From Octopus sinensis (lineage: Eukaryota): a stretch of 64,000 nucleotides of DNA. The notes under the pieces were generated by a model. The model had not been told where the DNA came from, did not search any database, and saw nothing but the letters and a program-made list of their open reading frames with translations. Position 1 is the stretch's first letter; every line of letters begins with the position of its first letter. Location: contig NC_043000.1 in assembly GCF_006345805.1 (NCBI RefSeq), positions 89,032,001 through 89,096,000 on the forward strand, read 5' to 3'. A program made the translations under genes and the position numbers. Below, in pieces: positions 49,767-62,741 of the stretch.

Positions 49767-50384
49767 TTGGTACCTGAATGGAGTGAAAATTTAAAAACTG
49801 TTTCTTTCGGTGATTTTTCTGAAGAAACTGCACCAAGCCACAGACTTTCCCAGAAGAGTAAAGCCTTAGACTATTTCTATTTACTTTTTCGAATGAGCCC
49901 ATTTGAAATCATTACGGCAGAAACGAAATGTTACGCTAAACGTAAACAAAACGAAAGAAAGGATAGTTTGTTATTTCCCACAACCTTAAATGAAATTAAG
50001 GCCTATTTTGCCATAAATATTATTATGGGTATCAGAAAGTTACCCAGAATAACAAATTCTATCGTAAAATTTTGTTGTATACCCAATTGAATATTAGCTA
50101 ATAACCCATTTTCTATAGCGATGTTTGAACAAAATTTTAATAATTTTATATATTGTTGAATTTACCTGTATCTTCCTGCAATTAGAGTCACTTTGTGACA
50201 AAATTATAGTATAGAATTGGTTGAGGACATTTCATTAAATTATCTTCCAAAATTCACGTTAATATATTGATAAATAAAAAAGTTATTGTTGTTTAATGAA
50301 ACCAGACTAAATTTATGATTACGTTAGAAATTAATTGAAACACATAAGGGGTGTATTTTGGTCAGAAATATAGTAACGAAAGGG
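49767..50384 (+). mobile_element. piggyBac transposase N-terminal remnant and right end
   Basis: DYFYLLF..IITAETKCYA..FPTTLNEIKAYFAINIIMG..LP (PGBD/DDE_Tnp_1_7 region); GTAACGAAAGGG|TTAA at 50373-50388; left TIR not found. Confidence 0.8.
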
Positions 50385-50496
50385 TTAAGAAAAACCAAAA
50401 AATATTTTATTCTTTATAAATGTTGTATTCAAAATAACATTTTCTTTTAAGAATGTGTATATAACAAAGTATGTGTATATAACTACGTGACTTATA

Positions 50497-50893
50497 TCTT
50501 TATATATAAGAGTGAAGTTGTGTGTCTGTCTCCTACGATTTAGATTCCTAACTACTCCCACATTTTGCGGTGCAGTGTAACCAAAACCGGGTATCTTATA
50601 GTCATGAGTCATATCGAGCCCTTCTGGGTATTAGCGTGCGTCTACGATGAGTCTACGATTTAAAAAAATTTACCATCATATTTTTCCATTTTAATGCATT
50701 TTTTTCGCTATTATATAAAGGAAGTAACTCTCTAAAAATATCTACGATGTGTCAACGATTGAAAAAGAAATTTACCTTAATTTTTTTTCCATTTTTAATG
50801 CATTTTTTTCCTATTTTTTGGCTATAACTCTCTAAAAATGCTTATATAGTTATTTCCCTTACAAACCCGAGCAACGCCGGGCGATACTGCTAG
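50497..50893 (+). mobile_element. Complete non-autonomous Helitron, 397 bp
   Basis: A|TCTTTATATATAAGAGTGAAG 5' end; CCCG-AGCAACGC-CGGG hairpin then CTAG|T. Confidence 0.85.
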
Positions 50894-51253
50894 TATATAT
50901 ATAAACGGCAAAATGTCTGCGTGTGTGTCCTTTATACAAATACACAATTTTTCAGTTAGAGGGCTCGCACTTTCTATGGTCATTCAAAACTGTCCAAGGG
51001 TGGTTGTGCACAACTTTACATTTCCCCAGTCACCCCGTAAAGCCATTAAAAAGTCAATAGAAGTGACTTTTTTGTGAATTTTCTATCCAAAACCCAATCA
51101 AAATGCCCGAAACTTGATACGCCAATTGAATGCCAGCTAGCTGTATGTGATTGGTTGGAGATTTGGACAGTACTTGCGTGTATGTGCATACGCACACAGC
51201 TGTATATGCATGCACTACCACTATGACCCAGCGTTGCCGGGTCATAGTGCTAG
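50894..51253 (+). mobile_element. Second non-autonomous Helitron directly abutting the first
   Basis: TATATATATAAACGGCAAAATGTCTGCGTG 5' region (TC not visible); perfect 11-bp stem CACTATGACCC/GGGTCATAGTG then CTAG|T. Confidence 0.8.
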
Positions 51254-52351
51254 TTAAGGTATAATAGTTCATCATTGTTTACTTCAAGGTTTTTTACAAT
51301 GTATATTCATCATCACTGTTGTCATCATCGTCATTGTCATCATCATCATTATCGTTTAACATCCACTTTTCCATGGGTCATAGGGAATTTGTTGAGGCAG
51401 ATTTTCTATGGCTGGGAGCTCTTCCTGCTACCAACCCTCTCCTGTTTTCAAGCAGGGTAATACTTCCCCTTGTCCAGATGTAATTTTCATGGAACATTGG
51501 AAATGAACAACATCAATTGTATGATGGTGAAGCTTGTTTACAACCATCACACGGTGTCAAGACAAAAGTACACAACAAATACACAAACATATACAATATG
51601 TGTGTGTATGCTTTTATTCTTATACTTGTTTTAGTCGTTTGACTGCATCCATGCTGGAGCACCACCTTGAAGGGTTTTTCTGTGTACCAAATCCACTCAC
51701 AAGGCATTGGTCAGCTTGAGGCTATAGTAGAAGACACTTGCCCAGGGTGCCATGCAGTGGGACTGAACCCGGAACCATGTAATTGAGAAGCAAGCTTCCT
51801 ACCACACAGCTATGCCTGTGCCTATGTATGTATGTATGCATGCATGGTGGTGTCGGCGGCGACTAAACCGGCAACCCCACCAAGCTTGCTTGGTGAGGAG
51901 AGTGTTTATTGGACACCCTGCAGGATGAAAAACAAAAGCCGTCAAAAGGCGGAATAACTCTTGAGAGTCAACGGCCATCCAATAAATGTCTTAAGGCTGT
52001 ATCATGCGCAGGAACATATAATCGGACTGAATACCCAATCGCGTGGTTAAACCATTGGGAGTGAAGGAGTCCTAGCCTTTGTTAGGGCATCCTTCTAGGA
52101 GAAGGTAACTCAGGTAACTGGGATAACTCCGACATAAAACCTACAGCTCAGTGGTTACCGATGATGTTGACTTGTTCTTCTTTTCGGATTATGGCTGCTG
52201 TTGCTTAGTGAGTCGGATTGACTCAGTGCACAGCCTTTCCTCACTTTAAAAAAAATCTTCTTGCACAGGCATTGCATGATAACAACATTTATTAAGCTTT
52301 GTGCAATGGCCATACTCGATAACGAGGGGACAGCCACCATGTATGTATGTA

Positions 52352-52388
<37 letters not shown>

Positions 52389-55300
52389 ATGTGTGTATGA
52401 ATGCATGCATGCATGCATGCACATACATACGTATAATGGGTTTCTGTCAGTTTCTGTCAACCAAATCCACTCACAAAGCTTTGGCTGGTGTGGGGCTAAA
52501 GTAGGAGATGCTTATCCAAGGTGCCATACAGTGGGACTGAACCCAAGATCACATGGTTATATGAGACTATATAATCAAATAGCACACACCTTTGACTAGA
52601 TACATCAATGTCATTTAACAAAATCACTCTCAAGCTCAATGTAACTCCAGTATGGTCATAAAAGTGCCCCCACCACCACCAGAATCAGGTGACTTCCCCT
52701 ATTTATGGTCCCTATCATGCCAATGATGCCAGCTCCTAACAACTCTTTGACACTATAAGGCTTCAAGTTACCACTTATCACTTCCTCAACCATTCCAGAA
52801 TAATCAAAATCAAGCAAGTCAAGTTATGTTGTAGGTCACATGACTATGATTGTATTAGAGTTTCTCACACATAAACTGCCATTTCATTACTTATGAATTG
52901 TACTTGATGTCCTCATGCTCCATATGTTTTACAGTCGACTCCCTACATATTGAGTCCTCTTCAATCCACTGAGTGGTTGTCATTGATGACATCTTGGACC
53001 CACTAGACTAGTCTAACTGTCCTGATGATATTTAGTTACTAAGATTGTTTCTTTCCTATGGCCATTGATGGCATATCTCTATCAGAGGCTTGTTGCCCTT
53101 TTCTGACCTTTAACAAAAAAGACTCAATCATGATCAAGAAGCTGGCAATCTGTAAGTTGCTTTGATAGGTGGATGGGCCCATGAGTCAGGTATTCCTTTC
53201 CATTTCCCTCATCAGATTACATACAATCTACCATATTGTACCAGTTTTTCCCCTGCATGATACTGTGGGAAAGTGTCTCCTACTATAGCTCCAGGCTGTA
53301 GCCTTATAAATACAAATGGTATTGTCCATTTCCATGAGAACACATTTGATTATGGAGAAATATTACCTTGCTAGGAAAAAAATGAGTATGAGCTAACATG
53401 ATCTTCAAGAGCAATGTATTTAGCTTGAAAAATTGATATGTGATTGAAATTTAGCATTAAAATATTGGTGGGTGCATAATTAAAATTTAAATTGAATTTA
53501 TTTAAAAGTTGTGTTTATCCAAATTCTAAGGAGTGTTGCATTAGGTTAATCAGAAAACTGCTTTAAATGCATTAGGACAGAGAGAAACACCAAGAAGAGG
53601 ATGAAGAACAAATAAACAGTAACTTATTAAGTTCCCGATCATATCTGTGTTTACGACATATTGTTATTGAGCACCAGGTCAACCCTGAGCATGCACAATC
53701 CACCATGACCATCTCATCTTTATAGTTTATCTAGGAATAAATTAGACAATGTGTCCCTTCTTTCTAAAGACACTAGAGTAGAATTTGAGCGAGATCTAGC
53801 TATTATTTCTCACAGGTTTAGCAACCACGTTGAGACTTACTCGGTACTTGAATGTTTCAGTACCCACATAATGTGCTACCTAGAGCAAGAAAAATGTTTA
53901 TTGATGTTTGTCACATATCTTGTAATACCACTAGTATTCCTTAAAAATCTTTATTTTATTAGTTTATGCAATTAGTTACCATGGAAACTTCCAGTATTGG
54001 CCATAAAAATGTATTTTACATGTGTTGTTAGTAACTTTTCATGTGCAATTTTAGTTATAATCACTAACTGAAGGTTTTTGTGTTTTTTTTTAATTAATTT
54101 AATTGATTCAAGACTGATGCACAAACTAAACAACTCTCAAGTACCATATATGAACTTGAAAGTTTTCTCTCAAATAATTTGGATAATATTGAGAGAAGTT
54201 TAAATTTTATTATAGATGACCAAGACATCAATATTTCTGAATGAATACAAAATTAGATAGGAAGAAATTTATATAAACTGTTAACCAATATTAGGTACAA
54301 TTATGGCTGTGTGCTTAACAAATTCACCTTGGAATCATGTAGTTTCAGATTCAGTCCCGATGTGTAGAACCTTCGGCAAGTGTCTCAGGCTAACCAATGC
54401 CTTGTGAGTGGATTGATAAATGGGAACTGTATTGTGCTGTGTGTGTGTGTGTATGTGTCCACGTTTTTTTCTCATCTGCTGACAACCAGTGTTGGTTTGT
54501 TTACATCCCCATGAGTTAGTGGTTCAGCAACAAGAGACCAAAACAATAAAGCACCAACCTTAAAAATAAATGCTGAGGGTCAATTTCAGCAACTAAACCC
54601 AGTGCATGGCCACAGTTTGTTGGCTAAAACAAGTGAAAGAATGAAAGAATGCATCATCATCATCATTCAACATTCATCTTCCATGCTGGCTTTGGTTGGA
54701 TGGTTTCACAGGAGGTGGCAAGCTGTAGAGCTGCACCAGATTCCACTGTCTGTTTTGGCATCGTTTCTACAGCTGGATGCCCTTCCTAATGCCTCACAAG
54801 AATTAAAGAGAAGATAGAAATAGATTTGTTTTAAATACAGTGTCCACTATGGTGATTTCTAGTGGTCAAAACATACCATGGAATTTGAAATATGATTTTC
54901 AAAAAGACCTTTAAAAATGAACTAATGTGAGCTACTAGAAGTAGCAGTCATTAAAAGAAACTTATGTATAGTTAACCTGAGGCTAACATACTTATTGTAG
55001 TAAGTGAAAATAGACAAAAAGCACTTAATTGATTAAAACTATGCTTGTAGTAAGGTAAATTATAGTAATTACTGTAATGAATAACTCTGACGAAAAAGAA
55101 TAAAGTAAGTAATTTCAAAATATCAAAATCTCTTTTAAATGAGATGAACATGGTTGTATGGTTAAGAAATTTTATTTTGCAATCATGTGGTTTTGAGTTC
55201 AGTAACACTACTTGGCAACTTCAACAAGTGATTTCTACAATAGCCCTGGGCTAACCAAAAACTTGTGAGTGGATTTTGGAAGGCCTAGATTTTTTATGTG

Positions 55301-55995
55301 AATACAATCACAGATATAAGTGAGAGAAAAATTTATGTGATTACACTGCATAACAAAATTTTTATTTTATTATTTTATTTTTTGTTTTTGTTTTTGGTCA
55401 GTAAGTGTTATTTCCTATTTGATTCTATCTAGAAATCAGAGAAAATGACTGCTATTCTTTTCAAACTTTGCTTTAGTGACCTGGACATCAATGTTTTGAA
55501 ACTTACCTCTTTTCCATTACATTCCATGTAGATCTAGCACTCAGATGCTGAAGCAGAAATTTTGTTAAAGCAAATGTTCTGCTCAATACCATACATTTGC
55601 TTGTCAGCTTCTTGACCATAACCACTTGGGCATATCCGTTAGTGGCTGATAACATGTGCATCTCTGCTGATGGGCAGGAGTAGTGGGGTAGCATTAGAAC
55701 CTTATTTTGTAAGGGACTCTTTGGGGTTTCAATAAATGTAACAAAAATAAAGTTTGAAAGAAATATTAGCCATTTATCATACTTTCTAGTTATAAGCAAA
55801 AGGGAAATGACAGTTGCTACCCAAGGTAAAAAAATCATGTTACACAGGGTTATGAATTCTAAAGAATCACTCCTGTTTTCCTATAACAATACATAGGTTA
55901 AGAAAGTGAGGGACAAATATTTAATATGTCTTGGGAGCATATGATGAAGCACAGGTGAGAGAAATTATAGGACTCTGTGTTCTAGATTAATTGAG

Positions 55996-56372
55996 AATAC
56001 GGTTAGTTAGTTAGTTAGTTAATTAATTTTTTGGCTCAATAAGCAAAAAGCAAGTCCATGTAGGGGGACATGGAGTTATGTACAGGGTGGTGTTCATGTA
56101 AAGAGTTCAGGCCACTTGTGGTCAAGGGAGACTTTGAACCGAGCGGTTGCCGGCATCTTCACTATCTCGTCCGGCAGCTTATTCCACGGATCCGCAACCC
56201 GGACAGAGAAAGCCCCTCTCCTTCGATTGAGATGAAATCATCGCAGATAGAGCTTTTCGGAGTGACCCCGCAGCTGACGCTCTGGAGCAGGAGTGAAGAA
56301 CAGCTCTTTTGAGAGGTTACACTTTCCACTTATGATGTTGTGAGCAAGAATGAGATCACCACGGCGGCGTCA
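55996..56372 (-). mobile_element. CR1-clade LINE 3' end with (TAAC)n tail
   Basis: RRRGDLILAHNII.G..LRGHSEKL..FSVRVADPWNKLPDEIV..FKVSLD on the minus strand. Confidence 0.85.
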
Positions 56373-56454
56373 TTTTTCCTGAAATCGATTACAGTCTGTG
56401 TTATGATAATGGCCTGATTCTAATGAAAAATTGTAATGGCTATAAGCTAGATTT

Positions 56455-56570
56455 AGAGAAAATGTGATTAAAGTATTTCAAGAAATAGGACTTTGTATTA
56501 CCATAGATATAAAGCTTATAGCCATTAATTTTCTAGGCACAACACTGAGACTGAATAATGGTTTCAAATT
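56455..56570 (+). mobile_element. Short Penelope-like RT remnant
   Basis: IKVFQEIGLCITIDIKLIAINFLGTTL resembles the PLE 'GL.IT....VNFLD.T' motif. Confidence 0.6.
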
Positions 56571-57566
56571 TTGCCACAAGGGTAGCCATTTTGGGGGAGG
56601 GGATAAGTCGATTACATCAACCCCAGTGTTGACCTTGAAAGGATGAACAGTAAAGTTGACCTCAGCGAAATTTGAACTCAGAACATAATGACCAACGAAA
56701 TACTACTATGCATTTTGTCTGGCACACTAACAATTCTGCCCGCTCACCACCTTGACTGAAGCTAAATAATAATAGTTATAGACCAGTCAAAATTATGTAT
56801 TATGTATAGCTTGTTTTCAAACATACAACATGACTAATTTTCTGAATATTTGTGAAAATTAAATGTTTGGAGGAGTATTTATTTTTACTGTGAGATACAC
56901 TTTTTAAGTCCTTGTTTGTTGGAGTTAATAATCATATTCGTATTTTATATTAATGTATCATTGTCTAATTTTACTGTTATTTCTTGTTTACATTACATTT
57001 TACTAAAACAAGATTAATATTGTATTACAAAAAAATGCATTATATTCTCAAACAAATAAAATTATTTTTACATTATCTTAAATAGCTTTTATTCTGTATA
57101 TATTGGTGAAAGTAATAAAAATTTTAATAAAATTAAAAGATGTGGAAGTGTTTACTGATAAGCAATGATTATAGGAAAACATCACTAAAAAAGAAAACCC
57201 TTCTTTTGTTCCAAAGTTGTAGACAGTTTTAAGTTTATGGAGATGTAAGGATCACAAGAGGTTTAGTGTTACATATACTGTTCTTTAGCTGTTAGTTAAA
57301 CAAGTAAAAATAGGATTAAAACAAGGATCCTTCAGATAATAATACTCCTGTGATCAAATTTGGTTTGAGACAAAACTGGCTGTATAGGAAAAAAATCAAT
57401 GTGTGCATGATGTCATGCCAAACTAAAATGAAAACAGCTTTTTTTTCTTTTCTAATGTATGTTTACATCATCTTAGAAAGTTATTCATGTCTGGTTTTTT
57501 TCTAACATAGCTTTTTAATGCATGCTTACATTAACTTTAAAATTATTCATGTTTTGTGTTTTACAG

Positions 57567-57653
57567 CAATTCTCGAGATATTAACACCAAATTGGCAGAA
57601 GAAAGAAATGAATATATAGCTCAATGCCAGAATCTTTCACAAGCAACAACAAA
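57567..57653 (+). CDS. TSNAXIP1: Internal exon of TSNAXIP1-like gene (NSRDINTKLAEERNEYIAQCQNLSQATT)
   Basis: ttttacag acceptor, phase 2 in and out (AA|gtatat); collinear with 'LHMSTLKERDQFFSELQEIQRTST'. Confidence 0.8.
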
Positions 57654-57989
57654 GTATATAAATATATACATATATATCCATATCTATGTTTCTACTTATG
57701 AATGCATCTGCTTTTTATTCTTTCCATGTAAATGTTTTTATTGTATTGCATCAAATAATTTTGATATTATCAATGCAGAAATTTTAATTGGCATTTTCTC
57801 AAAAACTTCCTGTTAAAGTTCGGTTCTGTTGTTAATTTGTGCCATGGTTCTACCTCATAATTGCCAGTTATTGTAACTGTGATTTATTTTTAATTTTCTG
57901 CCTCGAATCAGTTCTTTGCATTAGAAGATCTCTAAGCTTGAAAATGGAAGATCAAAGCTTTTGAGACTAACTTACAGAATGTATCTCAT

Positions 57990-58039
<50 letters not shown>

Positions 58040-58041
<2 letters not shown>

Positions 58042-58365
58042 TGTAAACAGAGTTAGCAGTTATAGTAACTGACAAAGGGATAAAATATTTGTATATCCTA
58101 TCAGTATCTGTTACCTGTATTATCCCCAGGCATTGGTGTGCAGGCAAGAGGTTTATCAGGAACCAATGCAAATAATTAGAAAATGGAGAAAACCACAGAT
58201 TAACCAACACATCGATTGGACCACATTTATAGCTTATTTTTTAATACAAAGCTTGACATAACAAAATAGGTAACGTAACATATTTTGTTATGTCATTTTT
58301 TTTAATTTTAAAAAAGTAAGCTATAAATGTGATCCAGTTACATTTACTAATTATTATACATTTAC

Positions 58366-58412
<47 letters not shown>

Positions 58413-58743
58413 TGTAAACAGAGTTAGCAGTTATAGTAACTGACAAAGGGATAAAATATTTGTATATCCTATCAGTATCTGTTACCTGTATTATCCCCAG
58501 GCATTGGTGTGCAGGCAAGAGGTTTATCAGGAACCAATGCAAATAATTAGAAAATGGAGAAAACCACAGATTAACCAACACATCGATTGGACCACATTTA
58601 TAGCTTATTTTTTAATACAAAGCTTGACATAACAAAATAGGTAACGTAACATATTTTGTTATGTCATTTTTTTTAATTTTAAAAAAGTAAGCTATAAATG
58701 TGATCCAGTTACATTTACTAATTATTATACATTTACTAATTAT
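58040..58743. repeat. Two apparently identical tandem copies of a 371-bp unit, each containing a 120-bp hairpin
   Basis: Units start at 58040 and 58411, separated by (TA)n; hairpins at 58217-58336 and 58588-58707. Confidence 0.9.
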
Positions 58744-58979
58744 ATATATATATATATATATAACGCATGGAAAATGGACGATGATGATGATATATATGAT
58801 GAAAACGATGATGATGATATATATATATATATATATACATATATTATATCCACATACATATATATATATATATATATGTAAGTTCAGCAAAATTTAGATT
58901 CAGATGAATATGGTACTTAAGTTAAAGGCACCAGAATTTTGTATGCTATTATCCATATAAATCAAATGGGGTGGTTATA

Positions 58980-59318
58980 ATCAAAATAAGCAACAAGGAT
59001 ATCCAAGGTAGAGTAGTACAATTGTTTCATGCTACTTCATTTTATTAAACTCTGTAAGTATTACATCAGTTTTAAAATGTAGAGCAATCTTCAGCCACAT
59101 ATAGAATTTTTCAATTAAACGGACAATGCACATTCTTATACTTATTTCATTTCAATAAGTATAAGAATGTGCATTGTCCGTTTAATTGAAAAATTTTATG
59201 TGGCTGAAGATTACTCTACATTTTAAAACTGATGTAATACTTACAGAGTTTAATAAAATGAAGTAGCATGAAACAATTGTACTACTCTACCGTGGGTATC
59301 CTTGTTGCTTATTTTGAT
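58980..59318. repeat. Near-perfect 339-bp palindrome (arms about 166 bp, 7-nt loop)
   Basis: 58980-59146 versus 59154-59318; only a few mismatches and one 2-nt indel seen. Confidence 0.95.
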
Positions 59319-60317
59319 ATATATATATATATTTATATATATGCTAGTTTGTACTGGGAGTATGCTATGCACTATGTATGTTATTATATTAATCAATGTC
59401 AGGTCATGTTAAGACAGAGGACAATAGGATAAACATTATCTAATTAGCTTATTATCATCATCATTTTCATCACTATGTTTGCCATCATCATCGTTTATAG
59501 TCCATGTGACATTAATTTTTGATTGATTAATTTTATTGAATAGTAATTGACAAAAGGCAGGTATGTTATATTTTATTTCATTAAGGAGTGGAATGTTCAA
59601 GGTCCATGTTCTATGCTGACATAAGTAAGATAGTTTGACTAGATCCAACAGATCCTCAGACTGCATTGTGTGTGCTCCAATGTCTACTTCAGCATGGTGT
59701 AATGGTTGGACACCCTTTCGAACATCAACCACTTTACAGCATGAACTGGATGATTTTTGTTACATGGCACCAACATTAAGGATGTGGCCATGAATTTGAA
59801 AGACTAAGACACCCTTTGACTAAATGGGGCTGTGTTGACAGAGAGGCATCTTTTTGCTTGGAGATGAAGGGTTAAAGTATGAGAGAAGGGGCCATTATAT
59901 AAGAGGTTTCTTGTTGTAGGTTTCTTGCCATAAGAGGTGCAGGATAAATGCTTTACACATACACAAACACTCACACACATACAACACACAGTAAGAAAAA
60001 ATCTTAAGAACAAAGAAGGAATAGAGGGAGTAAATGATAGTTATTTTGGGAAAGGTTATACCAATGACAAATTGGTTTTAATTAATTCTATTCTGAAGTA
60101 ATTAATATTTTCCTTTTGCAAATTTATGTTCATTTCATCATTTTTGTATAAGCACAAGAAAATTTGATAAAAGTTGAATTATAATAATTATATGTATGCA
60201 TATTTCCTGATATTGCCCTTGGCGACAAAAGTATATACTTCTCAACTTACCCACTGTATGACAAGTAACATTCTAATATCAACATAATTTTTTAATCTAT
60301 TTTTTTCCGTTTTGCAG

Positions 60318-60462
60318 TCTTCCATGGAAGAAGTCTCTTGATTACACAACACTTGTAATAGAAGAGAATAAGAACACTCATGAACAGTTATTGAAGATTT
60401 TGGAACAAATGAAGCAAAATGGAGCTAGAATGAATCAAAATACTGTTCCTTTTAAAGGAAAG
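60318..60462 (+). CDS. TSNAXIP1: Internal exon of TSNAXIP1-like gene (LPWKKSLDYTTLVIEENKNTHEQLLKILEQMKQNGARMNQNTVPFKGK); gene continues beyond what can be traced
   Basis: ttttgcag acceptor, phase-2 start, AAG|gttagc donor; collinear with 'RPDWTKC..EGKNSDQLVDVLLEEIG..FFPGLG'. Confidence 0.78.
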
Positions 60463-62741
60463 GTTAGCTTTGAAATGTTTCACTTTGTCTTTTTTTTTAT
60501 GCATAAGATACAAAAATATTGTGAGTTATCAGAGAAATTCTTGGGTAATAACTGAGAGAAATTTTATCATGAACATACTGTTACAATTAAATGAAACCTT
60601 TTATGATTTATTTTAGAAAATAAAATGTTAGCCACAGTAATTGGAAGACACAGTTTTGTCAGTAATCTAACCAGGAATTTAATTTATCCTTTATCATTTA
60701 TCTGTTTCAGACTTTGGTCTGCAACCATGCTGGGGCACCACTCTTTAGGGTTCTAGCCAAACAAATCATCCCTGTACTTAATTTTCCTTTTACAAGTTTA
60801 GTACATATCAGTCTCTTTTGTCAAATCACTAAGTTACAAGGACATAAACAAACCAACATCAGCTGTCAAGTGGTGATGGAGGACAAACAAAAACACTCAC
60901 ACACACACACATTTATACTATTGGCTTCTGTACAGTTTCAGTCTACCAAACTCATTCACAAGGCATTGGTCGACTTGAGGCTACAATAGAAGACACTTTA
61001 CCAAGGTGCCATGTAGTGGGACCGAACCCAAAACCATATGGTTTCACAGCCATGATACATTAGACACTTCTTGCTAATATTACAGTGGTATGAAAATGAG
61101 CCCCTTAGGATGTTAGTGTTTCTTAGGGCTTCTGAAACCTGTCCAAAGTTAAACTGAACATTTTTCTATTAATTTGATAAGGACTTTTTGCCTTCAAATC
61201 AAGAAGTGCACTCACTTTAACATGTAATGTAGATTCATTACTCTCTGGTCTAGCATGATCTAGCTATTATTAGGATAAATGTGAAGATCCCTCCCACACA
61301 CAACATTGCAGTCGCAAACACACTGCATTGGTTAGTTGTTTGGCTGGCTGCTTGCTTGCCTGCATGGCACACTGATTAGATGTTTAGTTGTGTTTTTGGA
61401 TGGGCCACAGAGTACAATTAATCTAACAACTTATTTTTTTGTTTTCATAATGTCTAAAATATAAAGAGATAACCGTTAAAGATTTATTTCCAAAGAATAC
61501 AAATTTTATCTTTATTATGTGTATGTGTGTGTGTTTGTGTGTGTGTAGAATGAAGTAATCCTAAAGCTTGTGTAGGATTCCTATTGAAATTATGTATGAG
61601 AGAAAGCCAAGTTTATCAAATCATTTAGAAAGCAAAGAGATGTATATAGGTTGAAAGTTTACACAAAGATGAAATCTTTTGATTTATGTAAAATATAGGT
61701 GAAGGTTGTTGATTGTTCTGGAAGAGTTTTACACATTTGAAATATTTCAATAAATTACTGTTTGAATGCAATAAAATGTAGAGAAGAAGAAAAAAAATAA
61801 TGTAGTGGTAGTGAGCAGTTATGAAACTTTTCTAACCATAGAATCTTTGTATAGCAAGTATCTCAAAACTGTTGTTATCTAAAAATGATTTCCTTTCATA
61901 CAAACAGTTTCTCTGTTGCTTACAAGAAACTTTCGCTAAACATAAATTATACAAAGCCTTGGCATGCTATGCCACTATGTAGATAGTTGTTGTCATATGA
62001 ACAATCTAACAAGTGAAATGGACATATTATAAATAAAATAAGAAACACATGAAAATAAATACATTGCTTCTGAATTTCAAAGAGTTTTGGAAATATATCT
62101 GAAAATGCGATATTACTATAAGCTGTATCTGGAATAATTCTATTAATTGGAAGACTTGGCGAATAATGGGAATGGAAACAGTTATTGTAGTGAATACAGG
62201 AAATTAACTGTAAAAGATACATGTGTGTACAATCATATTTAAGTTTTTAACATTCAGATTACTCTGTCAAATGCAATGCTTGATCATTCACATATTTTTT
62301 AATTAATCATACATTATCTCACAGCTTCAAGATTTTGATGGTGTCATTGTTTATTTTTAGAATGACATTTTAGGGTAGGTGTGAGAGGCAGGATCCAGTT
62401 GGTTTGAACATCAAATAGGTTGAATATTTTGGCCAGATATGGCTGGTTTAAATACTGTAGGGTTAACATGTTCATGCACACTAAAATGTATTATCTATGA
62501 GGAGAATCTTTTTCTCTGAAGACAATTTTTATGGCATATGTCTTTCCCTGTACAAATCTATACACATATATCAAACAGTATTTACCTACCTGTATTCCAT
62601 TCAGTGCTGCTCTGTGTGCCTCAATTAATTAGCTGTAAGAGAGTCTTGTTTGGAGCTTGTTTTCACACAGACTAATAGGCAGGGTCAAGGTTCAATGGAA
62701 TGGCAGTTAAAGGTCAAAGGGGAATTAAATATAATGAGCAT

